Shown piece after piece: positions 49,490-60,029 of a stretch of DNA of 64,000 bases (position 1 is the first letter of the stretch; each line of letters begins with the position of its first letter). The notes beneath the pieces were generated by a model. The model had not been told where the DNA came from, ran no database searches, and worked only from the letters and a program-made list of their open reading frames with translations. The translations under genes and the position numbers were made by a program. Source of the stretch: Candidatus Micrarchaeia archaeon (GTDB lineage Archaea > Micrarchaeota > Micrarchaeia > Micrarchaeales > CABMGC01); assembly GCA_049976845.1 (NCBI GenBank), contig JBMFHL010000001.1:43435-107434 (forward strand), in the 5' to 3' direction.

Positions 49490-50818
49490 TTACCAATTCG
49501 GTTTTTTTGCAATATGCTTATACTGTGTCAGCGGCAAGCCAAGGCGCGTGCGCTCCGCCTTTGCAAGTATATAATAAATTGTTATAAAAACGAGCATTGC
49601 AAATGTAAGTATTATGCTCAGTCTTGTGAGAAATATCAGCAGCATCGAGGTAAGTATAAGCCCAAGTGCTGGTATCGCAATGAAATATTTTGAGCCAAAG
49701 AGCATCCTATTGCGGTCTTTTCTATACATAAATGCAAGCTTTATTGCGCCTAGGTTTGCTATCGCATAAGAAACCAAGGCAGCAGAGTTGCTTAGCGCGA
49801 CAATCTCCTTGAAGCTTATTGCAAACATTGCAAGTACCATTATAAGCGAAGGTATTGCTATAGCTGCATCAGGCACTCCATATTTATTTATCCTATTAAA
49901 TACCTTTGGCAGATCGTGGTCTCTTGACATCGCAAAAACCACTCTTGACAAGCCAAGTATCATTGCAAGGTCAACATTAACTGTGGCAACTATTGCGCCA
50001 AGCGATATTGCATAATCTATAATTTTGTTGTGCGTTGCATAATACATTGCATTTGCCAAAGGCGCAGTAGAGCTGCTGATGTTCTGGTAAGGAATAATAC
50101 CTATAAGCACAAACATTACAAGCGTATAAACTAACGCAGAAATAGCTATCGAAACTATTATTGCCTTTGGTATAGTCTTTTTCGGCTTCTCTATCTCCTC
50201 TCCAAGCATCGTCACCCTTGCAAACCCTGTGTATGCAAAGAAGATGAATGCAGAAGATACTGCCACGCCTCCGAGCCCTTTAGGTAAGAGCGGCACAAAA
50301 TTAGAGGTTTTTACGAAGAAAATCCCTATAATTACAAAAAGCACAAGTATTGAAATATTCACTATTATAAGCAGCACAGAGATCCTTGCAGAATGCTTTA
50401 CCCCAAAGTAGTTTATCACTGCAAGCACTATTATAAGAAGTGCAGCCATAACCTCAGAGCTTAATGGTATATTGAATATACTAAGGAAATAGCCACCAAA
50501 GCTAAGTGCAACTGCGGCTCCAGATATTATAGTGGCTGCTATCCAGACAAAACCTGCAATAAAGCCGGCGTAGCTGCCAAGCACTTCCCTGGAATATTCA
50601 TAGTTACCTCCTTCTCTAGCATATACATGTGCAAGCTCGGCAAAGCTCATGCCAGTGAAAATAGCAATTATTGCCCCTATTGCTATAGAAAATATGACGC
50701 CAGGCCCAGCAAGCCCGGCCGCAAGTCCACTTATAGTAAATATACCGGCGCCTATTATGGCGCTTATATTTATTGCTAAGGCTTCTAAGAATGTTACATT
50801 CCTTCTAAGCTTTGGCAT
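49490..50818 (-). CDS. APC-family amino acid permease
   Basis: IIGAGIF, SFAEL, EGGNY, FAYTGF, EEIEKPKKTIP; about 12 TMs. Confidence 0.92.
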   Translation of the reverse strand: MPKLRRNVTFLEALAINISAIIGAGIFTISGLAAGLAGPGVIFSIAIGAIIAIFTGMSFAELAHVYAREGGNYEYSREVLGSYAGFIAGFVWIAATIISGAAVALSFGGYFLSIFNIPLSSEVMAALLIIVLAVINYFGVKHSARISVLLIIVNISILVLFVIIGIFFVKTSNFVPLLPKGLGGVAVSSAFIFFAYTGFARVTMLGEEIEKPKKTIPKAIIVSIAISALVYTLVMFVLIGIIPYQNISSSTAPLANAMYYATHNKIIDYAISLGAIVATVNVDLAMILGLSRVVFAMSRDHDLPKVFNRINKYGVPDAAIAIPSLIMVLAMFAISFKEIVALSNSAALVSYAIANLGAIKLAFMYRKDRNRMLFGSKYFIAIPALGLILTSMLLIFLTRLSIILTFAMLVFITIYYILAKAERTRLGLPLTQYKHIAKKPNW

Positions 50819-50825
50819 TAAATCA

Positions 50826-51092
50826 TTATTCCTTTATTGATTCAAGCAAGCTTAATATATTCCATACAATTGTTCTCGCATATGGGGGCAAGTTAATATC
50901 GTTGCTAACCTCGTCTATTTTGTATGTTGCTGCAGAAGCCTTCACCGCGTAGCTATCCTCTTTATTAAGCTCATTTTTTGCCTCTTCAAGCGCACTCTTC
51001 ACATTCCTAGGAACGCTGTTGTCATTTAGCAATAAATCTACTTGCTGCTTTATCTGCATCAGAACTTCATCAAATTTTTTTGCGTCTTTCAT
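50826..51092 (-). CDS. UPF0147 family protein
   Basis: DNSVPRNVK, EVSNDINLPPYARTIVWNILSLLES. Confidence 0.9.
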   Translation of the reverse strand: MKDAKKFDEVLMQIKQQVDLLLNDNSVPRNVKSALEEAKNELNKEDSYAVKASAATYKIDEVSNDINLPPYARTIVWNILSLLESIKE

Positions 51093-51113
51093 AGTACTCA
51101 CCTATATTCGCTG

Positions 51114-51204
51114 CGGGCCCGGCGGGATTTCCATGTATTATATTTTGAACCCACGACCGTCAGCTTAGAAGGCTGCTGCTCTATCCAAGCTGAGCTACGG
51201 GCCC
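51114..51204 (-). tRNA. tRNA-Arg(TCT) with a 16-nt non-canonical intron at 59/60 (intron 51128-51143)
   Basis: GGGCCCG/CGGGCCC acceptor; anticodon loop CTTCTAA; T-loop TTCAAA[ATATAATACATGGAAA]T; BHB-like TTCA/TGGA helix with 3-nt bulges. Confidence 0.9.
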
Positions 51205-51241
51205 AATACATTAATATTAAACTACCATATATAAAAACCTC

Positions 51242-52003
51242 TCATATATAAAAAAATTCCCTTAAATTGTCGAGGGTCTTTTCAGCTACGTAATCTACTC
51301 CCAAACCTTTTGCATTTGCAACAATGAGTGCAGATTTTTTAACATCTGCAGGGGTTTTCCCTACTACTGGCGAGTCTGTTTCAAGCAAAATGCTTTTGAG
51401 GCTTAGCGCCTTAATCATCCTATACCTTTTGCTTGACTCTATAGGTGGCACAGAAGCAAAGTAGCCTAGTCCTTCTATACGCTTTGCATCTACCTCATCA
51501 CCTTCAAAGAAGTGGAAAAGCACGCGCTTTATACTCATTTCTTCAAGTATGCTAATAGTCTCGTTAAGTGCACCTCTAGAGTGGACAACCACTGGCACTT
51601 CTAGCCTTTCAGCAACTTCAAGCTGCATCTTGAATATTTCTATCTGCTTTTCAATGAGTTTTTCATCCTGTGTAATCTTTCTGTCTATACCTATCTCCCC
51701 GATTCCTACAATATTTCTGCTGCTTTTTACAAGCCCCTCAAGTTGTGTTTCATCTCCGTATTCGTTGACAAAATCGGGGCTTATTCCAATGACTCCATAG
51801 ACATTTGTTCCATTTGCAAGCATTGCTGTCTCTGCATTATCTTTGTTGCTACCTCCTGCCGTTACAATAGTGCTAATACCCTCTAATATTGCTGATTCAA
51901 TCGCTTTTCTAGGGTCTTCGAAAAGGTTTAAATGGCAGTGTGCATCGCCAAACTCTGCTTTTGTTAATTGGTTTTGCTCCATGCTGCTGGAGGTTTGGTA
52001 CAT
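51242..52003 (-). CDS. tatD: TatD-family nuclease
   Basis: DAHCHL, GEIGID, VHSR, FHFF, LETDSP. Confidence 0.92.
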   Translation of the reverse strand: MYQTSSSMEQNQLTKAEFGDAHCHLNLFEDPRKAIESAILEGISTIVTAGGSNKDNAETAMLANGTNVYGVIGISPDFVNEYGDETQLEGLVKSSRNIVGIGEIGIDRKITQDEKLIEKQIEIFKMQLEVAERLEVPVVVHSRGALNETISILEEMSIKRVLFHFFEGDEVDAKRIEGLGYFASVPPIESSKRYRMIKALSLKSILLETDSPVVGKTPADVKKSALIVANAKGLGVDYVAEKTLDNLREFFYI

Positions 52004-52140
52004 AAAAATACCTAATTAAACAAAACATTTTAAATATTAATACCTACCTAATGAATTTACAGTTAGGTATCAAGTCTTTCAAATTTATTAGATTAATTTC
52101 AAGAGCTAATACTCAAATCAAGCATTTTTGGTTGGTTTTA

Positions 52141-53283
52141 ATGGAAGAAGAGATAAAAAAGATTGAAAAAAATGAAAAAAAGGAAGAATCAGAAACCAAG
52201 AAACTTGCTAAAACTGTAAAATCTTTGCAGATAGTTTCATGGGCAGCGTTGCTTATGGGCATAATTGCAATAATCATCGCAGCACTTTCTATAATGAGCA
52301 TTTCAAGCACAACGCAGCTAGCCCCTACAACTGTAGCTCCTACAACCATACCAATTGGAGCAACAAATACAAGTATATCGCTGCACTCAATAAATGTAAG
52401 TGGACCTTTGGTAGTTCCGCCGATGAGCTTACCCAATGCACCCATAATAACACAAAATCAGACCTTCGGTTTTAGATTAACAAACGTAAACGAGCCCCTA
52501 AATCAATCAGAGCTTGCAGTTATTAACAATGCCTCTGATTCATATTTTGAAAAGGCAGGAGAAATGTACTTAAACGGAACAATTAACAATGTAGGCATAA
52601 AGCCTACGAGTTCTCCCCTACTCATAGTAAACGGAAAGCCTTCAGTAATATATTTGGGCGCAACTTCGTGCCTCTTCTGCAGCGAGAACAGGTGGGCGAT
52701 GGCCTTAGCGCTTGGCCGTTTTGGAGGATTTACAAATCTATTTAAAGGCTATAGCTCATTTGGAGACTACGACCTCCCAACACTCTTTTGGGCACCAACG
52801 GACTATTACTCTAATGGCTCTGTTGACATGGGTAATTTCTATTCTAGCAAGTACATAAACTTTATCTCGATAGACTATGCGTCAAACCTTACAAAAGGTT
52901 TTGAACTTCCTTCATCATTTGCATACTTCTTGCAGCAGGCTTCTGCAGCCAACAGCACAGTATACTCTTCAGCACTAACAATGATAGAGAGACTCAACAA
53001 CTTCCAGGGAACCCCATACAGCATTTGGGGCAACTTTGTGGTTGCAGGTGCCGATGCTGTCGATCTCGGAAACACAACGCCACAGTCACCTCCTATACCT
53101 CTTACTTATATGACCCATGAAGATGTGCTCCACCTTCTTGCAAATCCTAACAGCCAGTTTGCGTGGAGGGAATACGCAGGGGCAGACCTTTATATAGCAA
53201 TGACCTGTGCAACATTGAAAAACGCAGCACCTATTTGTGCTCTTCCAGCCATACAAAAGATAGAGAATGTAAGCGGGTATTAG
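52141..53283 (+). CDS. DUF929-like membrane-anchored thioredoxin-fold protein
   Basis: N-terminal TM; NGKPSVIYLGATSCLFCSENRWAMALALGRFG. Confidence 0.75.
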   Translation: MEEEIKKIEKNEKKEESETKKLAKTVKSLQIVSWAALLMGIIAIIIAALSIMSISSTTQLAPTTVAPTTIPIGATNTSISLHSINVSGPLVVPPMSLPNAPIITQNQTFGFRLTNVNEPLNQSELAVINNASDSYFEKAGEMYLNGTINNVGIKPTSSPLLIVNGKPSVIYLGATSCLFCSENRWAMALALGRFGGFTNLFKGYSSFGDYDLPTLFWAPTDYYSNGSVDMGNFYSSKYINFISIDYASNLTKGFELPSSFAYFLQQASAANSTVYSSALTMIERLNNFQGTPYSIWGNFVVAGADAVDLGNTTPQSPPIPLTYMTHEDVLHLLANPNSQFAWREYAGADLYIAMTCATLKNAAPICALPAIQKIENVSGY

Positions 53284-53287
53284 AAAA

Positions 53288-53815
53288 ATGAGGAAATATG
53301 AAAGGTTCAACGTATTGAAGGATATATACTCCTCATATTCATACATAGCAGAAACAGTAGTAGGTGCAGCGATATATTACCTATTCTACATAACTGTTGT
53401 CGGCTCTCAGGGCATATTTCTTTTCATTACTACCCCTATATATCTTATTTACCTTCTAATCATAACCTCTGCCATCCTGCTCACAATTGCCACATTTGTA
53501 ATCAGGAAATCTGCCAAAGCAATAAGATCTGCATACGCTGGTGGCGCATATTCACTGCTTGCGAGCGTATTCGGCGGCCTTATAGCATCGTGTGGCTGCG
53601 AAATGCCCTTCTTTACCGCATTCCTCTATTTAATAGGCTTGAATGCACTCGAGATAACAGGATTCATCAGTTTTGTCAATTCATACAAGATTTACATAGT
53701 AAGCGCATTCATAATTGCAAATGTGTTCTTGAGTTACTACTATCTAGGCAAAGCAACTCCAAGCTTTGACAAAAAAGTCAGTAAAAAAACAATGTCAAAA
53801 ATATTCGTCAAATAA
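53288..53815 (+). CDS. Multi-pass membrane protein with an SCGC motif
   Basis: Four or more hydrophobic helices; GGLIASCGCEMP. Confidence 0.7.
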   Translation: MRKYERFNVLKDIYSSYSYIAETVVGAAIYYLFYITVVGSQGIFLFITTPIYLIYLLIITSAILLTIATFVIRKSAKAIRSAYAGGAYSLLASVFGGLIASCGCEMPFFTAFLYLIGLNALEITGFISFVNSYKIYIVSAFIIANVFLSYYYLGKATPSFDKKVSKKTMSKIFVK

Positions 53816-53818
53816 CTG

Positions 53819-54721
53819 CTATTTGGTAACGACATCGCAGGAATCTTTCTCTACTATCATCTCGTATTCCGTCTGGGCTACAATCCCTTTGCTTCTTTCT
53901 ACAAGCACAGGAAAAGATTCTAAAATTTCCATTCTGGAAAGCTCATTCAATGCAGCCTTTATTTTGAATTCATCGAAATCCTTTGCGAGCCACCTCATAG
54001 CGAATGGATATGTCTGATAATGTTTATCTATGAATTCAGCAACTTCTCTGGAAGAGGCAAGCCTTGGCATGCCTGCAAATTTCTGGAATATCTGCACATA
54101 ATCCCCATCTTTGACAAAGCCCTCGCCAGGAGTAACGAACACCTCTATTGCTATAACCTCTCCTTCCTCCAACTTGGTAGGGTCGCCATTGTCAAAACTA
54201 GGTATAAAGATATTTGCATGCAGCTCATTCCTTGTTATGCCATGCCCTCCAAGGTTCTTGACAGGATTGAATTTATATTTCCTTATAATGGCTTCAACAG
54301 CCTTTCCAATCTCGCTCATGCTTCTTCCTGCTCTTACTATGCTTATTGCTTCTTCAACAGCCTCCCTACTGCACTCCACCAATGCACCATGCTCATTAGA
54401 AAGATCAACTGTTATGGCCGAGTCTCCGAGATATTCGTCCTTTCTTGCCCCTAAATCAAGTTTTACTATATCCTTGTCTCCAAAAACTCTCAAGTCATTT
54501 TGCATTGGCGTGTAGTGTGCCGCTTCTTCATTTATTGAAATGTTTACTGGAAAAGCAAGCGCGAAGCCTTTTTCCTTCATATACTCCTCTATCTCCTCAG
54601 CGACTTCATATAATCTCGCTCCTGGCTTTATCTTGTTCCTGCCATACTCCAATGCGTCATGAGTAACCCTGCCAACATCCTTAAGTTTTTCATAATCATA
54701 GTCTTTGTAGTCTTCCATCAT
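53819..54721 (-). CDS. map: Methionine aminopeptidase type II
   Basis: AFPVNIS, AAHYTP, KLDLGA, NLGGHG, AIEVF, AQTE. Confidence 0.95.
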   Translation of the reverse strand: MMEDYKDYDYEKLKDVGRVTHDALEYGRNKIKPGARLYEVAEEIEEYMKEKGFALAFPVNISINEEAAHYTPMQNDLRVFGDKDIVKLDLGARKDEYLGDSAITVDLSNEHGALVECSREAVEEAISIVRAGRSMSEIGKAVEAIIRKYKFNPVKNLGGHGITRNELHANIFIPSFDNGDPTKLEEGEVIAIEVFVTPGEGFVKDGDYVQIFQKFAGMPRLASSREVAEFIDKHYQTYPFAMRWLAKDFDEFKIKAALNELSRMEILESFPVLVERSKGIVAQTEYEMIVEKDSCDVVTK

Positions 54722-54725
54722 GTAA

Positions 54726-57128
54726 TCACAATTTTTTCTGCGCCCCGCCACTTTTCAGTTCTTCGGCATTATACCCTAGCTCTTTAAGTATCTTCAACGT
54801 AGCAGGTATTATCTGGTGGTCTATATAGTAGTTTGGGTCATAGTCAGTGGCAAGATCTTCAAGTTCTGCCTTATCTGATATACTATTGCCATGCTTTGTT
54901 ATTACATAGCCTATTGTCACACCTTCCACTTCGTCCACTCTCTTTTTGCCTGACTCTACTGCTTTCCTGGCAGCCGATACCTCTGGGGAAGTTATATCAT
55001 AGTTCCTTATACTTTTTCTTAGCTGCGTGTGTATTGCAAGGTCTTTTATCTCTATTTTGCCTTCCATCAGCCTTTTTATAACATCCCTTACAATTTCAAC
55101 TGCTTTCTCCTTGCTCCCCTCCTTTAGTATCGCCTCTAGAACCTTCCTTTGGGTCTCCCTAGCTATATTCGCCCAGTCCCTCCTAACAAGTTCGAACCCT
55201 TTTATCTTCACCCTTCCGCTTTCAGAAAGCAAAGCATACTTCTTCTTTGCACCCTGCAATCCACTTCTTTTGCCTACAAAAACACCACTCGTATAGAAAT
55301 CTTCAAGCTCAAGTTCCATACTACTCGGTAATCCTGAATTAACCTTCTTAAGGAATGCAAATACATCCTCTTTGCTTTTATTCTCCATAAGTATAAAGAC
55401 GCTGTCTGTGTCAGTGTACAATGATTTGAACCCAAAACTTTCAGCATCCTGAATCACTCTCATTATGAACTGCCTCCCATATGCCGTTACACTTCCTGCA
55501 CAATCCCTGGAATACCACCTTGACCTAGCATAGCCCAAATAACCATAGAAAGAATTGGCAAGTATCTTCAATGCCATTGATCGTGCGCCAAGTGCGATAT
55601 TATCAGGGTCTTTCTTGTAAGCTTTCTTCACTTCTGTACGCTCATCGATGAGCATCTTAAGTATCTTTGGCACTATGCCTATAGGCTCCTTCCTAAATTT
55701 TACTCCATTTGGAGATTCATAAAATTCTGCACAGTCGCTGCACATAGTGGAAGGGTCTATATTGTGTGCTATTATTATAGATGGATACAATCCCCTGAAG
55801 TCAAGAACAACAATATTTTTGTAAATGCCGGCTTCTGGGGTCTTCACATATGCGCCTTCTATTGGATTCGAAAGCCTTTTCCCTATCTCATTTTCATCAG
55901 GTCTGTTCGGTATAAGCTGGTTGTTAAGGTGCGAATTCCTCATCAAAAGATACTCTACAAGTTGCCCTGTAGTAGATACCGCAGCTTCCCCAAGGGTTGT
56001 GCCACTGACCTTTGAAACTTCTATCTCCAAAGGCAAGAAGAAATTGTAAAGTTCATCAAGAACAAGTGAGTCCCCAAGAGAGTATTCGGCAAGCTCGTCA
56101 AGCTCTGTTTCTTCATCCCACTGCCTCCAAATATCTCTTCTTTCAACCATCTTTTTTCTCTTTCCTGTCACTGCAAAGTAAACTTCGTCAAGCTTGAAGT
56201 TATTTACGTGGATAAGTTTCTCTGCGGCCCCTACAACGGAAACGAATTTGGCAACGTTGTAAATATCTAAGTTTATTCTGCCTGGTATGTGGACGAAATC
56301 TATAAGCCCGTGGTGTTCTTTCTTTACCTCCCCGCTAAATCTACCTATCGAAAAATCAGCGCGCGTCACCCTGCTTCTCTCAAGGAGATAAGGTATATCA
56401 AAATTTGAAGAGTTGTATCCTACTATAATATCTGGGTCAAGCCTTCTTATTATATTGGTAAATCCCTGTATCATGCTCTTCTCATTGTCAAGCACAGAAA
56501 CAAAGTCCTTAGCTATCCTCTTTGTTGTAAGAACACCCCTGTCCTTGCCATTGGTATAACTTATCATCAATGAAGGGTCCTTCTCAGGCCTGGGAATGCC
56601 CTTCTGGTTATACGTTTCAATGTCAAATGAAATATGGCTAAATCCTATGTCTGCATTACCTCCATTCCTTATCTCGTCTACAATCAACCTGTCATTCTCT
56701 TCATGCACTTCAACTATAGTACTCAAGAGTGGGAGTACATTTTTATCTATTATATACCTCTTCCAGAATACAATATCATGCTCATATCTTACACCAAAAT
56801 CGCTAAGCGCTTCGCTCAGTATAGGGACCTCTCTAGGGCTGTTAACCTCTATCTTGAATACCTTTACCTCTTTGCCAAGCAGGTACATTTTACTTTCCGT
56901 TACTTTTTTTACTTCTGCACCTCCACCCTCTTCGGTCTTGAAATTTGAAATATCTTCAATAGTTATCCTGTCATTGCTCGGCACAATATAAAAATAAGGA
57001 TAGAAATTCAGATCGAAGAGCTCATACACATTATGTTTATCCTTAAATGCAATTCTTATAATACCCCTCTTGCCCTCTGTGACATAATCTACATTTAATA
57101 TTATTCCTTCTAAAGTCAGGCGTGCCAT
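54726..57128 (-). CDS. pol: Family B DNA polymerase (PolB3-like)
   Basis: FDIETY, YNSSNFD, DFRGLYPSII, KILANSFYGY, YTDTDS, KKKYA, VRRDW. Confidence 0.96.
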   Translation of the reverse strand: MARLTLEGIILNVDYVTEGKRGIIRIAFKDKHNVYELFDLNFYPYFYIVPSNDRITIEDISNFKTEEGGGAEVKKVTESKMYLLGKEVKVFKIEVNSPREVPILSEALSDFGVRYEHDIVFWKRYIIDKNVLPLLSTIVEVHEENDRLIVDEIRNGGNADIGFSHISFDIETYNQKGIPRPEKDPSLMISYTNGKDRGVLTTKRIAKDFVSVLDNEKSMIQGFTNIIRRLDPDIIVGYNSSNFDIPYLLERSRVTRADFSIGRFSGEVKKEHHGLIDFVHIPGRINLDIYNVAKFVSVVGAAEKLIHVNNFKLDEVYFAVTGKRKKMVERRDIWRQWDEETELDELAEYSLGDSLVLDELYNFFLPLEIEVSKVSGTTLGEAAVSTTGQLVEYLLMRNSHLNNQLIPNRPDENEIGKRLSNPIEGAYVKTPEAGIYKNIVVLDFRGLYPSIIIAHNIDPSTMCSDCAEFYESPNGVKFRKEPIGIVPKILKMLIDERTEVKKAYKKDPDNIALGARSMALKILANSFYGYLGYARSRWYSRDCAGSVTAYGRQFIMRVIQDAESFGFKSLYTDTDSVFILMENKSKEDVFAFLKKVNSGLPSSMELELEDFYTSGVFVGKRSGLQGAKKKYALLSESGRVKIKGFELVRRDWANIARETQRKVLEAILKEGSKEKAVEIVRDVIKRLMEGKIEIKDLAIHTQLRKSIRNYDITSPEVSAARKAVESGKKRVDEVEGVTIGYVITKHGNSISDKAELEDLATDYDPNYYIDHQIIPATLKILKELGYNAEELKSGGAQKKL

Positions 57129-57229
57129 GCTCTAAACTTGCAGTTTAAGAAATAAAAAGAGTAGAGTTGTAAGTTCTACCTACAACTATCAATAAAAATG
57201 ATACTGGAGTCGCTTTTTGTGACATGAAA

Positions 57230-57637
57230 TTATTTGGTCTCCTGCAGCTTTGCCCTTGAGAGCGGCAAAGGCGCAACAAAGCCTATTGAATAAGCAACCA
57301 GCGTGCCCCTAGCGCCGCATTCAAAGTTTAGCAGGTTTATGATATTCTCAGCGAACTGAAGCGGGAGTGTCTTTTTGCTCTTCCATGTATCTGAAATTTC
57401 GTCAATATCCTTTTTGGCCTCTTTTGAAACAACGCTTCCAACAACTTTTATTTCGCCAATAGATTTTGGTGCGCTTTGTGAGCCTCCCTCATAGCTTGCA
57501 ACAAACGTGAAAGCAACTTCTACATTGTCTTGGTTTATCTTCACATCATCGAAGTTTATATTGAACTTCATGTTGGTTATAGTTTCCTTTGACCCTTTTG
57601 TGGCTTCTACCTTGTTTATATCTATACCAGTTATCAT
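57230..57637 (-). CDS. Conserved hypothetical protein (possible SecB-like fold)
   Basis: Four beta-strand-like segments, two helices and a C-terminal APLPL. Confidence 0.65.
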   Translation of the reverse strand: MITGIDINKVEATKGSKETITNMKFNINFDDVKINQDNVEVAFTFVASYEGGSQSAPKSIGEIKVVGSVVSKEAKKDIDEISDTWKSKKTLPLQFAENIINLLNFECGARGTLVAYSIGFVAPLPLSRAKLQETK

Positions 57638-57772
57638 AAAATCAACTCTCTATTAATATGCCAAATACTATTTATATATCTTTTGATAAATCTCTTAGCA
57701 ATCCTAAATCGCAGAACATAATTAAACAATAAGGTTAAAATTGTTTATTTCGAAGTTATATATGTGGTATTG

Positions 57773-58546
57773 ATGAGACTATTGGCTTATGTTGCTTTTG
57801 CTGCACTCTTGCTTATCATTTCCAGCTCGCATGCATATTTCAATGTCACTTACTTAAATACTACAGTAATACTACAAAAGAATACAAGTGCGCATGTAAT
57901 AGAAGTAATTACATTATACATAAGCAATTCCTCCCTAACCCAATATGAACAGGATAGGCAGGCCATAAATCTAACATTAAGCGATTGGCAAAATGCGTTA
58001 GGCACAAATCTTCTTTTCGAGCACATATTGAATCCGCAAGCAAGCATATCAAAATTCACTTTCCTGCCTGGTCCTGCAGTCAGGTATGGCAACAGTGGCA
58101 CAGCCCTGCTAACAATGAATTATTATGTAAACAATGTAACTACAGTAAGCAACATAGCACCAAGGAAATTTGAATATGTGTTCAATAGCAAGGTATTAAA
58201 TTTCATGCATACAGCTAGCGGCGTGGCACTATATCCAAACAGCAGGCTCAATATAATAATTCCCTCTGGATCACAGGTAGTGTCAATATATCCTGCACCC
58301 GATTATCCCCCACCCAGCTTCTTTGGCAATTATACTGGCATAACAACATTCTCTTGGTTCTCTGAAGAGCCATTAACAAAGTTTTCATTCTCTTATATAG
58401 TCACTGAATCCCTGGAAGATGAAGTATCAAACTACTTCGCAGGCATATTCAAAAACTACAGCTTAGAGCTATACGTCCTAGTTTTTGCAGCAGTGGCTCT
58501 GATAGTAATCTATCTGTATATGAAAGTGATCAGGGTAATAGAATAA
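57773..58546 (+). CDS. Secreted, C-terminally anchored surface protein
   Basis: Signal peptide ending SSHA, several sequons, C-terminal TM. Confidence 0.75.
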   Translation: MRLLAYVAFAALLLIISSSHAYFNVTYLNTTVILQKNTSAHVIEVITLYISNSSLTQYEQDRQAINLTLSDWQNALGTNLLFEHILNPQASISKFTFLPGPAVRYGNSGTALLTMNYYVNNVTTVSNIAPRKFEYVFNSKVLNFMHTASGVALYPNSRLNIIIPSGSQVVSIYPAPDYPPPSFFGNYTGITTFSWFSEEPLTKFSFSYIVTESLEDEVSNYFAGIFKNYSLELYVLVFAAVALIVIYLYMKVIRVIE

Positions 58547-58556
58547 GGGTGTAGTA

Positions 58557-60029
58557 GTGCACAGGTACGAAGCCGATATACTAAACTTGTTAAAAAGCAT
58601 CAAGCATGCCAAAGTTGAAGAATTGGTGAAGGAGCTTGGCATAAGCAAGGACGCAGCAATATGGGCCCTTGAGAGCCTGCAGGAAAAAGGCTATGTAAAA
58701 GTATACAAAGATAACGAGGAGAGAGCAGAGCTCTCAGATGAGGCAAAGGGATATGCAAAAAGCTTGCTTCCGGAAGAACAGCTGCTGAAGAAGGTTATTT
58801 CAAACAATAACATAGAGGCAAGCTCCTTAACTTCAAAAGAGGACAGAATAGGCCTGCAGTGGCTCAAGACTAAAGGTTTTGTTGAGATAAAAGGCGGTAA
58901 GCTCCAGCCAACAGAAAGTGGAAAGCGTGCCGTATCCTCAGGAATAGACGAAGCCACAGTTCTTAAGCGCCTGCTTGAAGATCCTTTATCATACAGATTG
59001 CTCAGGGAGGAAAAAAGAGTAGCGCTTGAAAATCTCATCAAAAGAAAACTGATAAGCATAAAAAATAATTCTTATATCAAAGAAGTTGAAATAACTGAAT
59101 CAGGGGCCAATGCCACAGTAAATAAAGAAGAAAGCATAAACGAGCTTACAAGGAAGATGATAATAAACAAAGAATTTGTTGGCAAAAGCTTCAAAGAGTA
59201 CAATGTCAATATTGAAGTTGAGAGGGCAGAAGTGGCAAAAAGGCACCCTCTGAGAAGTTTTATAGAAGAGGTCAAAGATGCATATACAAGCATGGGTTTC
59301 ACAGAGATATCCGGCCCTATAATTGAACCTTCTTTCTGGGTGTTCGACTCTCTATTTGTGCCGCAAGACCATCCTGCAAGAGAAGTGCAAGACACCTTCT
59401 ATCTTTCAAATCCTGGCAAACTCAAAGTGGGAGACGAAAAACTGGTCAATGAGGTAAAGAAGGTGCACGAGAAGGCTTGGCACATAAATTGGTATAAGGA
59501 GATAGCGGAGCAGGCGGTCCTCAGATCCCACACTACAAATGTTTCTGCAAGATTCATATATAACCTAAGGCAGAATGCAAAGAATATAGGAGATTTAGAA
59601 ATGCCCCTAAAGCTTTTCTCGGTAGGCAGGGTATTTAGGAATGAAAGCATAGACTATAAGCATCTGGCAGAGTTTTACCAGACAGATGGGATAGTAATAG
59701 GGGAAAAACTCACGCTCTCCAAGCTTTTCGATACATTGTTAAAGATATATAAGAGTCTAGGCACGGAGATAAAATTCAAGCCGTCGTACTTTCCTTTTGT
59801 AGAGCCTGGAGTTGAGGTTGACATTCTATACAATGGGGAGTGGCTTGAGCTTGGGGGTGCCGGCATAATAAGGAAGGAGATTTCTGACATATCAAAGAAG
59901 AACATTGTGGTACTTGCTTGGGGCTTGGGTGTGGAAAGGGCCCTTATGGTAAGGGATAACTCTATAAAATCTATATCTGAGCTCTATGGCAACAACATAG
60001 GCTGGCTGAGGAACAAGGTGATTGTATAG
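58557..60029 (+). CDS. pheS: Phenylalanine-tRNA ligase alpha subunit
   Basis: PQDHPAREVQDTF, RSHTT, FRNE, YFPFVEP, AWGLGVER. Confidence 0.96.
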   Translation: MHRYEADILNLLKSIKHAKVEELVKELGISKDAAIWALESLQEKGYVKVYKDNEERAELSDEAKGYAKSLLPEEQLLKKVISNNNIEASSLTSKEDRIGLQWLKTKGFVEIKGGKLQPTESGKRAVSSGIDEATVLKRLLEDPLSYRLLREEKRVALENLIKRKLISIKNNSYIKEVEITESGANATVNKEESINELTRKMIINKEFVGKSFKEYNVNIEVERAEVAKRHPLRSFIEEVKDAYTSMGFTEISGPIIEPSFWVFDSLFVPQDHPAREVQDTFYLSNPGKLKVGDEKLVNEVKKVHEKAWHINWYKEIAEQAVLRSHTTNVSARFIYNLRQNAKNIGDLEMPLKLFSVGRVFRNESIDYKHLAEFYQTDGIVIGEKLTLSKLFDTLLKIYKSLGTEIKFKPSYFPFVEPGVEVDILYNGEWLELGGAGIIRKEISDISKKNIVVLAWGLGVERALMVRDNSIKSISELYGNNIGWLRNKVIV

